64,000 nucleotides of DNA, from positions 4,177 to 68,176 of the forward strand of contig JACPZE010000002.1 of NCBI GenBank assembly GCA_016195685.1, in the 5' to 3' direction. The notes beneath the pieces were generated by a model. It did not search any database and was not told where the DNA came from. It saw only the letters and a program-made list of their open reading frames with translations. This DNA is from Candidatus Gottesmanbacteria bacterium (GTDB taxonomy: Bacteria > Patescibacteriota > Microgenomatia > 2-02-FULL-39-11). How positions within the stretch are numbered: the first letter of the stretch is position 1; each line of letters opens with the position of its first letter. This document shows, piece after piece, positions 38,979 to 48,560 of the stretch. Both the position numbers and the translations under genes were made by a program.

Positions 38979-39806
38979 ATGAAAAAAATTGCCTTTTTAG
39001 GAATCCCGGGATCATTTAGTTTCATCGCAGCCAAAAAGTATTTCGGTAATGATGTTTCTTTGACAGGCCAAAAAACAGTGAAAAATGTGTTTTCAACCTT
39101 AATACAGCGGCAAACGCAATTAGGAGTGGTACCTATTGAGAATTCGACAACAGGAAGTATATTGGAAACTTATGATCAGCTTATGGAAAACAATCTACAA
39201 ATTTGTGGAGAAGTAAGGCTAAAAATCCATCATAATTTATTGGTTTTGGAAAAGAATGTAAATTTAAAAGACGTTTTTAAATGTTACTCTCACCCTCAGG
39301 GGATAATCCAATGCCAAAAATTTTTTGAGAACCATACTTGGATTGAACCGGAAACTGTCGGGGATACCGCCACAGCAGCACAAATGTTGGCATCTTTGAA
39401 ATCTAGAAATGCAATTGCAATCGCTAGTGGTCAAACAGCGAAAATCTACGGGTTACAAGTTTTAACTAAAAATATCGAAGATAATAAAAACAACTTTACC
39501 AGATTTGCTGTTATAAGGTTGGAGAAAAATCAGTCCGGAAACAAGGCTACAATCGCCTTTTCAGTCAAACATATTCCTGGAAGTTTATTTAAAGCCATCA
39601 AGCCTTATGCAGATTTAGGCTTAAATCTTACAAAAATTGAGTCAAGGCCTATTTTTGGCAAAAGCTGGGAATATATATTTTTTATAGATTTTGAGATCGG
39701 TACCGACCTAACCAAATTTATGGAAATGATAAAGCGGATGAGAAAAGTTACTGATACAGTTACGATTTTGGGTTTATATGACAAAGGAAAAATTTATGAG
39801 ACTTGA
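38979..39806 (+). CDS. pheA: Prephenate dehydratase with ACT domain
   Basis: VVPIENS, SHPQ, NFTRF, NLTKIESRP. Confidence 0.95.
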   Translation: MKKIAFLGIPGSFSFIAAKKYFGNDVSLTGQKTVKNVFSTLIQRQTQLGVVPIENSTTGSILETYDQLMENNLQICGEVRLKIHHNLLVLEKNVNLKDVFKCYSHPQGIIQCQKFFENHTWIEPETVGDTATAAQMLASLKSRNAIAIASGQTAKIYGLQVLTKNIEDNKNNFTRFAVIRLEKNQSGNKATIAFSVKHIPGSLFKAIKPYADLGLNLTKIESRPIFGKSWEYIFFIDFEIGTDLTKFMEMIKRMRKVTDTVTILGLYDKGKIYET

Positions 39807-40062
39807 TTCAATACGCAATAAAATTGATTTAATTGATAATAAACTGTTACAACTTTTGACAAAAAGATTACTACTTGTAAAACAATTAAGTTTCGTTAAA
39901 CATGGGAATTTATTGCCGATTGAAGACAAAAGTAGGGAAAAAAAGATACTGCAGCGCTTAAAAGCAAAAGCACGCACGTTAAACCTTTCCCGTGATTTTG
40001 TCACAAAAGTATTTCGGCAAATTTTAGAAGAATCAAAAAACATTCAAAAAAATACGCTATGA
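39796..40062 (+). CDS. Chorismate mutase (type II helical)
   Basis: LDSIRNKIDLIDNKLLQLLTKR...K...DKSRE. Confidence 0.88.
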   Translation: MRLDSIRNKIDLIDNKLLQLLTKRLLLVKQLSFVKHGNLLPIEDKSREKKILQRLKAKARTLNLSRDFVTKVFRQILEESKNIQKNTL

Positions 40063-40925
40063 GAAATTTTCCAAAAAAAATAGTCATTATTGGAGTGGGT
40101 CTGATTGGGGCTTCACTCGCTTTGGGACTCAAAAAATATTTTGGGGCAAAAATATCAATTTTAGGCTCCTGTAGTACGCCTAAAAAAACTAAATCTGCAC
40201 TAGAAGATCATATTATTGATTCTGGAATATTTAATATCAAAAACATTCCGAAAGATGTCAAACTCATTATCCTTGCCACACCTGTTAAAACATCTGTTGA
40301 GATTCTCAAAATTATTGGCAAAAGTGCTTTACGAAATTGTTTAATTATGGATGTTGGGAGCACTAAACAATTTATAATAAATGCTGCTAATAAACTTCAA
40401 ACACCGGGAATCTCCTTTATTGGAACCCATCCTATGGCTGGAAAAGAAGCGTCTGGCTTTAAACATGCAGACGCAAACCTGTTCCGTAATAAACCTTGGA
40501 TCGTTTGCAACGAAGTAACTACAAGTACAAAAGACCTAAATATCGTCAAAAACATTCTTACCATTTTGGGGGCAAGATTATTTTTAATGGATGCACAAAA
40601 ACACGACGAGCTTACTTCGTATATCAGCCATGTACAATTGGTACTGTCGAGCATTTTGATCAATCTAGTTTCCGGACAAAAAAATTGGAAAAAGATGAGG
40701 AGTATCGCTTCAAACAGTTTTCGCTATGCGACTCGTGGTGCTAGTCATAACCCACTGGTGAAAACGGATATCGTCTTAACAAATAAAACAAATATCATCA
40801 AAGCATTGGAAAATATTAAAAAAGAAATTGATAAATTTTGCCAGATGCTTTCACAATCAGATGAAAAACAACTTTTGTCTTATTTTCACAACGCAAAATT
40901 GATTCGTGATGAATGGCTAAATTAA
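40059..40925 (+). CDS. tyrA: Prephenate/arogenate dehydrogenase
   Basis: GVGLIGAS, DVGSTK, GTHPMAGKE, HDELTSYISH. Confidence 0.93.
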   Translation: MRNFPKKIVIIGVGLIGASLALGLKKYFGAKISILGSCSTPKKTKSALEDHIIDSGIFNIKNIPKDVKLIILATPVKTSVEILKIIGKSALRNCLIMDVGSTKQFIINAANKLQTPGISFIGTHPMAGKEASGFKHADANLFRNKPWIVCNEVTTSTKDLNIVKNILTILGARLFLMDAQKHDELTSYISHVQLVLSSILINLVSGQKNWKKMRSIASNSFRYATRGASHNPLVKTDIVLTNKTNIIKALENIKKEIDKFCQMLSQSDEKQLLSYFHNAKLIRDEWLN

Positions 40926-40926
40926 T

Positions 40927-42021
40927 ATGAAGATTTTCTTTCAGGAAAAAACGAAAGTTGAAATACCTACCCAACAAACCAACTATATAGTTGGGTCAGA
41001 TTTGCTGGCAAAATTGGATGGCATCCTTACAAAACATAATATGCAATATAGTAGCTTTTTAATCCTTTCAGATAAAAAGGCTTTTAGTCTGTTTGGAGAT
41101 AAGATAATTACTTCATTACAAAAATTAGGAAAACCGGTTATTACTTCAACAATTGTGTCAAGTGAACAAAACAAGGAGTTAAATAAGGTTACTGAAATAG
41201 TAAAACCGTATTTCCAGCAGGGCTTTAATCGTAATACCTGTCTTATTTGTCTAGGTGGTGGCATAATAACGGATATAGGAGGTTTCATCGGATCTATACT
41301 TCTGCGAGGAATTGATTGTGTTTTACTACCAACCACTCTTTTGGCTCAAATTGATGCGGCTATCGGAGGAAAAACTGGAGTCAACTTTTCGATGGGAAAA
41401 AATATATACAAAAATATGTTAGGCGATTTTAAACAGCCAGCTTTGGTGATTTCTGATGTAGACACGTTGACTACATTACCGGAAAAAGAAATAAGAAACG
41501 GCCTTGGAGAAATGGTGAAATACTGGATAGGTTGGGAAAAACCATCGTTTGATGAATTGCTAACCATTGCTTCATCCCCAAAAAGTGAAGAACTTGCCCA
41601 AATAATTAATATGTGTCAGAAGATTAAAATTGAAACAATAAAAAAAGACCCACAAGATATTTTGGGCGAAAGAGAAAAGCTAAATTTAGGTCATACAATC
41701 GGGCATTCAATAGAAGGAGCAAGTAACGGAAAACTTTCTCACGGAGAAGCAGTGAGTATCGGCTTAGTTTCTGCTGCAAAATTAAGTCTATGGATGGATA
41801 TGCTATCTGATGATGTTTTTGAAAATATCTTAAAAAACATTATTTCTCTTGGGTTACCTATACAAGTAAAAGATATCGATAAAAGAGAAGTTTTATCTGC
41901 GATGTCTCTTGATAAGAAAGGTGGTACTTTTGTTTTGATCAAAGATTTTGGAAGTTTAATAACCGGAGTAAAAGTCGAAGAAGAATTAGTTAAAAAAGTA
42001 ATTTCAGAGGTAGTTTTATGA
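40927..42021 (+). CDS. aroB: 3-dehydroquinate synthase
   Basis: GGGIITD, PTTLLAQIDAAIGGKTG, LNLGHTIGH, HGEAV. Confidence 0.95.
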   Translation: MKIFFQEKTKVEIPTQQTNYIVGSDLLAKLDGILTKHNMQYSSFLILSDKKAFSLFGDKIITSLQKLGKPVITSTIVSSEQNKELNKVTEIVKPYFQQGFNRNTCLICLGGGIITDIGGFIGSILLRGIDCVLLPTTLLAQIDAAIGGKTGVNFSMGKNIYKNMLGDFKQPALVISDVDTLTTLPEKEIRNGLGEMVKYWIGWEKPSFDELLTIASSPKSEELAQIINMCQKIKIETIKKDPQDILGEREKLNLGHTIGHSIEGASNGKLSHGEAVSIGLVSAAKLSLWMDMLSDDVFENILKNIISLGLPIQVKDIDKREVLSAMSLDKKGGTFVLIKDFGSLITGVKVEEELVKKVISEVVL

Positions 42022-42464
42022 AAATATTAGTGATTAATGGACCAAATTTAAATATGCTGGGTAAAAGAGATGCAAAGCAATATGGAACGCTTACACTGGC
42101 ACAAATCAATAAACAATTAGGTAGTTTCGCTGAGTCTTTAAGCGTATCGCTTAAATTTTTTCACTCAAATCATGAGGGGGAAATTATAGATTATCTTCAG
42201 GAAGAAACAGATTCTGCTGATGGCATTCTGATAAATCCTGGTGCCTTAACTCATTATGGGTATTCACTACGGGATGCATTAATCGATACCAAACTACCAA
42301 TAGTAGAGGTTCATTTATCAGATATAGATAGAAGAGAAGACTTCAGAAAAATCGACGTTTTGGCTGGAATTGCCCTAGACAATATTAAAGGATTGCAAGA
42401 AAAAAGTTATATTTTAGGATTGGAGAAACTTATAAATTACATCCGAAATAATTCAAAAGTATGA
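42018..42464 (+). CDS. aroQ: Type II 3-dehydroquinate dehydratase
   Basis: NGPNLNMLGKR..YG, SNHEG, INPGALTH, EVHLS. Confidence 0.96.
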   Translation: MKILVINGPNLNMLGKRDAKQYGTLTLAQINKQLGSFAESLSVSLKFFHSNHEGEIIDYLQEETDSADGILINPGALTHYGYSLRDALIDTKLPIVEVHLSDIDRREDFRKIDVLAGIALDNIKGLQEKSYILGLEKLINYIRNNSKV

Positions 42465-43702
42465 AAGTTGTAATTAAGCCGTCAAAAGTAAGTGGCACTA
42501 TAGTTGCCCCGCCGTCTAAAAGTTACACACATAGGGCTATTATTTTAGCTGTACTTTCTGCTGGGAACTCGCTGATAAAAAATGCTTTGATATCTAACGA
42601 TACAAAGGCTACCATTGAAGCATGTAAATTATTAGGTGCAAAAATTAAACGGAGTGGTAATAATATTGAAATTGAAGGCACTTGTGGAGATTTTCCAAAG
42701 AAAAAGTCACCAGTAACAATCGACTGTCATGAATCAGGTACAACTATCAGATTAATGACAGGAGTAGCAACTATTTCGTCTTCAAAAGTAGTTTTAACCG
42801 GTGATAAAAGATTGATGAAAAGACCCATAGGAGAACTTGTAAGAACGCTGAAATCTCTAGGCGTTAATATTAGCGCTTCTGGAAATAATCAATTTTCTCC
42901 AGTAACAATAAAGGGTGGTAGTTTCAAGGGAGGAAAAATAAACATTTCGGGGAAGATGAGTTCTCAATTTATCAGCGCCCTACTTTTAATTGCCCCATTT
43001 GCAAAAAAAGATACCGTGATGATCGTAGAAGATCTAAAATCTAAACCGTATGTCGATATAACGCTAGATATGATGAAAACTTTTGGGGTAGAAGTGGAAA
43101 TAGATGGAAATATATATAAAGTGAAAGCAGGACAAAAGTATAAAGCGCAAAAGTATACAGTAGAAGGGGACTATTCCTCTGCTTCATATTTTTTTGCGGC
43201 TGCAGCTATCACGAATTCTAAAATTACAGTTAAGAATTTAAATCCAAATTCTGTTCAAGGTGATAAATATTTTTTGGAAGTTCTAAAACAGATGAATACG
43301 AAAAACCTGCATGGAATTGATGTAAATCTGGAAAATTATCCTGATATTGTTCCATCTGTGGCAATTGTAGCTGCAAAAGCATCAGGTGAAACTAGGATAA
43401 ATAATATAAAACATTTGCGAACTAAAGAATCTGACCGTATCCAGTCAGTAGTTTCACAACTGTCTAAGATGAGAATAAAAGTCAAAACTACTGATGACTC
43501 GATGATTATATCTGGTGGAAATTTAAAAGGAGCATTAATAGATACTTTTAACGATCATCGAATAGCGATGAGTATGGCAATTGCGGGTCTTGCAGCAAAA
43601 GGGGAAACAATCATAAATAATGCAGAAGTGGTAAATAAATCGTATCCCGATTTTTGGAAAGATTTAGAAAAAGTTGGTGCAAAAATAAAAATAATAAATT
43701 AA
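42461..43702 (+). CDS. aroA: EPSP synthase
   Basis: PSKSYTHR, ESGTTIR, SSQFIS, KESDRI, DHRIAM, KSYPDF. Confidence 0.96.
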   Translation: MKVVIKPSKVSGTIVAPPSKSYTHRAIILAVLSAGNSLIKNALISNDTKATIEACKLLGAKIKRSGNNIEIEGTCGDFPKKKSPVTIDCHESGTTIRLMTGVATISSSKVVLTGDKRLMKRPIGELVRTLKSLGVNISASGNNQFSPVTIKGGSFKGGKINISGKMSSQFISALLLIAPFAKKDTVMIVEDLKSKPYVDITLDMMKTFGVEVEIDGNIYKVKAGQKYKAQKYTVEGDYSSASYFFAAAAITNSKITVKNLNPNSVQGDKYFLEVLKQMNTKNLHGIDVNLENYPDIVPSVAIVAAKASGETRINNIKHLRTKESDRIQSVVSQLSKMRIKVKTTDDSMIISGGNLKGALIDTFNDHRIAMSMAIAGLAAKGETIINNAEVVNKSYPDFWKDLEKVGAKIKIIN

Positions 43703-43704
43703 TT

Positions 43705-44235
43705 ATGAATATTATTCTTATCGGTATGAGAGGAAGCGGAAAAACAACGATTGGAAAAGCTTTAGCCAAAATATTAGATTTTGGTTTTATTGAAACGGAT
43801 GAATTAATAGTTGCTAAATCTGAATTTTCAACAATCACAGACATTGTTAAGGAAAAGAATTGGTCATTCTTCCGAAACTTGGAATCTCAGATAATGCAGG
43901 ATCCTGATATAACAGCAAGAGATGATGTCGTTATAGCAACTGGTGGAGGAGTAGTAACAGACGGAAAAAATATCGAGAATCTTAAAAATGCCAAGAGTGT
44001 TTTTATTTGGCTTAAATGTTCTATAAATGAAATTATTAAACGTATAGGTAATGATACATCTCGCCCATTAATTACAAACTCTGATAGTTTTATTGATGAT
44101 TTACGAAAAGTTTATAAGGCCAGAGAGCAACTTTATAAAAAATATGCTGATATTATAATTTCATCAGAAGAAAAAGCCGAGACAGTTGCGGATAATATTA
44201 TTGCTAAATTAAAAGAAAAAACTTACTATGATTAA
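43705..44235 (+). CDS. aroK: Shikimate kinase
   Basis: GMRGSGKTT, FRNLE, ATGGG, RP. Confidence 0.94.
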   Translation: MNIILIGMRGSGKTTIGKALAKILDFGFIETDELIVAKSEFSTITDIVKEKNWSFFRNLESQIMQDPDITARDDVVIATGGGVVTDGKNIENLKNAKSVFIWLKCSINEIIKRIGNDTSRPLITNSDSFIDDLRKVYKAREQLYKKYADIIISSEEKAETVADNIIAKLKEKTYYD

Positions 44236-45067
44236 TTCAAAAACTAAACTTTGTTGCATCATCGGAAATCCAGTGGAACATTCTTTATCTCCACAAATGC
44301 ATAACGCGGCATATGAATATTTGCACTTAAACTATGCCTTCTTAGCTTTTCGAGTTACTGATGTAAAATCTGCTTTGGTGGGACTAAAGACGCTAGGAGT
44401 TAAAGCCATTTCCGTAACAATCCCTCATAAATTAGAGATAATGAAATATTTGGATAAAATAGATGAGGTAGCAACAAAAATTGGAGCGGTTAATACAATT
44501 ATAAATAACAATGGTAAACTTTTTGGCACAAATACTGATTGGATTGGGGCTTTAACTGCTCTGGAAGAAAAAACAACTCTTAGTGGAAAAAAAGTGGCAC
44601 TTTTGGGTTCAGGCGGAGCAGCCAGGTCAGTTGCTTATGGACTCATCCAAAGAAAGGCTCATGTTTTCGTTTTTAATAGAACAATTGACAAAGCAATTAA
44701 ATTAAAACAAGAATTTGACTTAAATGGCGCTTCTGCATTTACTGATTTGAGCTCTATTTCTACGATGGATATAATAGTCAACACAACTTCTGTGGGAATG
44801 ATTCCTGATATTGATAAATCCCCAATTCCGCTTCAGATTATAAATTCAAAACAAATAGTTTTTGATATTGTCTATACACCAAATGATACAAAACTAATAC
44901 AATATGCTAAAGAGAAAAAAGCGGGAATTGTGTACGGCCATAAAATGCTCTTGTACGGAGTAGCTAAACAGTTTGAGTTATTTACAGGAAAAGAAGCGCC
45001 GCTGGATATAATGAAAAACATTTTAATTACTAATTTACGCTCGCACGGGCAACCCTTACTAGGCTAA
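44228..45067 (+). CDS. aroE: Shikimate dehydrogenase
   Basis: HSLSPQMHN, VTIPHK, GAVNT, NTD, GSGGAA, DIVYTP. Confidence 0.96.
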   Translation: MINSKTKLCCIIGNPVEHSLSPQMHNAAYEYLHLNYAFLAFRVTDVKSALVGLKTLGVKAISVTIPHKLEIMKYLDKIDEVATKIGAVNTIINNNGKLFGTNTDWIGALTALEEKTTLSGKKVALLGSGGAARSVAYGLIQRKAHVFVFNRTIDKAIKLKQEFDLNGASAFTDLSSISTMDIIVNTTSVGMIPDIDKSPIPLQIINSKQIVFDIVYTPNDTKLIQYAKEKKAGIVYGHKMLLYGVAKQFELFTGKEAPLDIMKNILITNLRSHGQPLLG

Positions 45068-45071
45068 TAAC

Positions 45072-46226
45072 ATGCTTAGATTTTTGACAGCGGGTGAATC
45101 ACATGGTCCAGCAGAAGTGGCCATACTTGAAGGCGTTCCAGCCGGACTATCATTAAACCATAACGATATTCAAAAAGAACTGGAAAAACGTCGCGCAGGC
45201 GCCGGACGTGGGGGGCGTGGAAAAATTGAGGGAGATACAGTAAAAATCCTCTCCGGCGTAAGACACGGCAAGACTTTAGGCAGTCCAATTACTCTTCTTG
45301 TTGAAAATCAAGATTTTGCTAATTGGAATGAAAAAATGAGTATCGAAGATAATCCTAAAGTTGAAAAAGAAGGAATAAAAATTACCAATCCCCGACCAGG
45401 ACATGCTGATTTAGCAGGAAGTTTAAAATATAGATTTGATGATATAAGAAATGTGTTAGAACGTGCTTCAGCCCGAGAAACGGTGATGAGGGTAGCTGTT
45501 GGTGCCGTTTGCAAAAAATTATTGAGAGAATTTGATATATCAATTGCTAGCCATACTATTCAAATCGGTAAAATCAAATTAGAGAGACAACCTGAAGATT
45601 TTGACGAAGTGGCAAAAGTATACAAGACCGACCCGGAAATTCATTGTGTAGATAAGGAAACTTCCCAAAAAATGAAAGCAGAAATTTTGGCAACTACTAT
45701 CAAAAAAAATACACTGGGTGGAGTAATAGAAATTGTCGCACATAATATGCCAGTGGGATTGGGAAGTTATGTACATTATGACCGAAAATTAGATGGTCGT
45801 ATTGCCCAAGTATTGATGAGTATACCTTCTGTTAAAGCTGTGGAGATTGGGGAAGGTATTGGTAATACTGAAAAATATGGTTCTCAGGTCCACGATGAAA
45901 TTTTCTATCAAAATGGAAAATTTGTACGAAAAACTAACCGCGCTGGGGGACTTGAAGGAGGAGTTACCAACGGACAAGACATAATTTGTCGTGTTTACCA
46001 TAAACCACTCTCAACTGTGGGAAATGCCTTAAAAACTGTCGATATAAAAAGTAAAAATCCGACCAGAGCAGTAGTTGAAAGATCAGATATCTGTGTTATC
46101 CCCAGAGCCGGAATAATTTCAGAATGTATGTTGGCGTATGTTTTAGCCGATAGTCTGCTTGAGAAATTCGGTGGCGACTCAATTTCAGAAATAAAATATA
46201 ATTACCATAATTTTAACCGCGGGTGA
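45072..46226 (+). CDS. aroC: Chorismate synthase
   Basis: TAGESHG, PRPGHAD, ERASARET, GGLEGG, RSD. Confidence 0.97.
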   Translation: MLRFLTAGESHGPAEVAILEGVPAGLSLNHNDIQKELEKRRAGAGRGGRGKIEGDTVKILSGVRHGKTLGSPITLLVENQDFANWNEKMSIEDNPKVEKEGIKITNPRPGHADLAGSLKYRFDDIRNVLERASARETVMRVAVGAVCKKLLREFDISIASHTIQIGKIKLERQPEDFDEVAKVYKTDPEIHCVDKETSQKMKAEILATTIKKNTLGGVIEIVAHNMPVGLGSYVHYDRKLDGRIAQVLMSIPSVKAVEIGEGIGNTEKYGSQVHDEIFYQNGKFVRKTNRAGGLEGGVTNGQDIICRVYHKPLSTVGNALKTVDIKSKNPTRAVVERSDICVIPRAGIISECMLAYVLADSLLEKFGGDSISEIKYNYHNFNRG

Positions 46227-46291
46227 CGCGAAGGAGGGGTCCCATACGGAGATGTATCGTAGTATGGGGATACCTAAGCGGCAGGACCCGC
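46219..46291. repeat. GC-rich long imperfect hairpin at the aroC/aminotransferase junction
   Basis: GCGGGT...ACCCGC outer stem and TCCCATAC...GTATGGGG inner stem. Confidence 0.7.
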
Positions 46292-46302
46292 AAATTAAAA
46301 TC

Positions 46303-47529
46303 GTGACAAACAGATCAGTACTTTCTACAACAGGAGATAGTAAATATCTGCCGGAACTGGCTAAAAGACTACAAAATACCAGTGTATCGGTAATTAAAGA
46401 AATGATGTATCTGGGAGCACAAGAGCAGGCTTTGGGTAAATCTATCGTTTCTTTAGGAGTAGGTCTGCCTTTTTATCCCGCACCCAAACATATCCATGAT
46501 CATGTAAAGAAAATATTAGACGAAAAGCCAGATATCGATAAATATACTTTGCTTATTGGCCTTCCAACACTTCGCAAAATTGTTGCCGATATCTCAAGAA
46601 AAAGCTTGGGATTTCCAGTAAGTATAGATGAAATACTTATTACCCCTGGCAGTATGGCCGCTCTTTTTTATTCTTTATTGGCGCTTGTTAATCCCGGTGA
46701 TGAAGTGATACTACCATCTCCGTATTTTTCTTCAAATGCTGAACAAGTTTCCATCGCAGAAGGCATTGTTATACCAGTTCCTATGATTGAAGATAAAACG
46801 GTAGGTTTTAGATTAAATGTACCCGCTATAAAGAAAGCAATTAGTCCCAAAACCAAAGCCATTGTCATAAACAATCCACAAAATCCATCTGGAGCAGTAT
46901 ACGTGAAGGAAGATTTGAAAGAGCTTGCAGATATTTTGGCCGGTACGAATATCTACGTGATTACTGATGAAGTATATGATTACCTTATTTATGATAAAAG
47001 TGAGTGCTTCAATATTGCAAGTATTCAAAAATTATGGCCAAAGGTGATAAGGTGTGCGTCTTTATCGAAAAAATATGGAATGATGGGATGGAGGATTGGA
47101 TATCTACATACAAACCGCGATTTACTTATGAATATACTCAAAATTCACGATGCCAATATAGTTTGTGCACCTCATATCTCTCAAGAAGCAGCAATTGCAG
47201 CCCTCACTGGTCCACAAGATATAGTAAAGCATCATGTAGAATGGCTTGCCGAAAATAGGGATGCCATTTGTAAAAGACTCGATAACTTGCCTGATCTTTT
47301 TTCATATGTGCCGCCCAAAGGGGCATATTATGTTTTTCCGAAATATAACTTAAATATAAACAGTATTGAAATGGCCAAAAAATTACTTTACGAAGCTGGT
47401 GTAGTTACAGTGCCCGGAATTGGTTTTGGTCCAGATGGTGAATATCATCTTCGGATGTCTTTTGGATCCAGTGTATCCGATATAAATAATGCATTTGATA
47501 GAATAGAGAAGTTGTGGGAAAAGCAATAA
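46303..47529 (+). CDS. Class I/II PLP aminotransferase (probable aromatic aminotransferase)
   Basis: NNPQNPSG, TDEVY, SLSKKYGMMGWRIG; likely start GTG 46303; substrate inferred from operon context. Confidence 0.88.
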   Translation: MTNRSVLSTTGDSKYLPELAKRLQNTSVSVIKEMMYLGAQEQALGKSIVSLGVGLPFYPAPKHIHDHVKKILDEKPDIDKYTLLIGLPTLRKIVADISRKSLGFPVSIDEILITPGSMAALFYSLLALVNPGDEVILPSPYFSSNAEQVSIAEGIVIPVPMIEDKTVGFRLNVPAIKKAISPKTKAIVINNPQNPSGAVYVKEDLKELADILAGTNIYVITDEVYDYLIYDKSECFNIASIQKLWPKVIRCASLSKKYGMMGWRIGYLHTNRDLLMNILKIHDANIVCAPHISQEAAIAALTGPQDIVKHHVEWLAENRDAICKRLDNLPDLFSYVPPKGAYYVFPKYNLNINSIEMAKKLLYEAGVVTVPGIGFGPDGEYHLRMSFGSSVSDINNAFDRIEKLWEKQ

Positions 47530-47531
47530 TT

Positions 47532-48560
47532 ATGGATAAAGAACTTAATGTCTTAAAACAAGAAACTTTAAATGCTATCGGGAAACTTGCCGATAATAAA
47601 AAGCTAAATGAACTATATTTAGATATTTTTGGCCAAAGCGGAAAGTTTACAAATCTTACCAAAAAACTTAAAACATTATCAGCTTCTGAAAAACCTCAAA
47701 TTGGAAGATTACTCAACGAAGTAAAAAAAGAATTAGAAACCGCGTTTGAAAAACACAAAAGTATAATTCGTAATTTTAAGCTAGCGGAATGGATTGATGT
47801 AACTGCATCCGGCAGTGGCCCATCAACTGGTCATCTTCATATTGTAAGTCAGGCAATTGCGGAGATAACAGAAATTTTTGAAAGAATCGGTTTTACCCGC
47901 ATGAGATATCCGGAAATCGATTGGGATTGGTATTCCTTTGAGTCATTGAATATGCCTGTTAATCACCCAGCCCGAGATGATTTTGAGACATTTTTTATAG
48001 ATTTACCTTCAAATCCCAAATTGGGAAAGGTCGTACTCTCTCCACATACTTCATCTGGACAAGTCAGAGAAATGGAAAGAGTAAAGAAACCACCGATAAG
48101 AATGATCAATATTGCGAAATGCTACCGTCCCAATTGGGATATCTCGCACACGCCAATGTTTCATCAATTTGAGGGATTAGTTATCGATAAAAACATAAAT
48201 ATTACCCATCTTAAAGGTACTTTTGACTATTTTGCCAAGGAATTTTTCGGCAAAGAGAGAAAAATCAGACTTCGACCTTTTCATTTTCAATTCACAGAGC
48301 CATCGTTTGAGGTGGATATCACCTGTGGAATATGCAGTGGCCGTGGTTGTAGATTTTGTAAAGACGGATGGTTGGAATTGGGCGGATCAGGAATGGTCCA
48401 TCCAAATGTATTGCGAGCCGGTAATATTGATCCGGATGTATATACCGGATATGCATTCGGTTGGGGAGTTGAGCGAACTTATATGATGAAGCAGGGACTT
48501 AAAATAGACGATCTACGACTTTTATATAGTAATGATATCAGATTTTTGGAGCAATTCTAA
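47532..48560 (+). CDS. pheS: Phenylalanine--tRNA ligase alpha subunit
   Basis: HPARD, HTSSGQ, FHQFEG, FQFTEPS, AFGWGVER. Confidence 0.97.
   Translation: MDKELNVLKQETLNAIGKLADNKKLNELYLDIFGQSGKFTNLTKKLKTLSASEKPQIGRLLNEVKKELETAFEKHKSIIRNFKLAEWIDVTASGSGPSTGHLHIVSQAIAEITEIFERIGFTRMRYPEIDWDWYSFESLNMPVNHPARDDFETFFIDLPSNPKLGKVVLSPHTSSGQVREMERVKKPPIRMINIAKCYRPNWDISHTPMFHQFEGLVIDKNINITHLKGTFDYFAKEFFGKERKIRLRPFHFQFTEPSFEVDITCGICSGRGCRFCKDGWLELGGSGMVHPNVLRAGNIDPDVYTGYAFGWGVERTYMMKQGLKIDDLRLLYSNDIRFLEQF

Noticed and set aside
46252-46302. N-terminal extension MYRSMGIPKRQDPQIKI of the aminotransferase
   Set aside because: Derives from the hairpin element; GTG 46303 is the more plausible start
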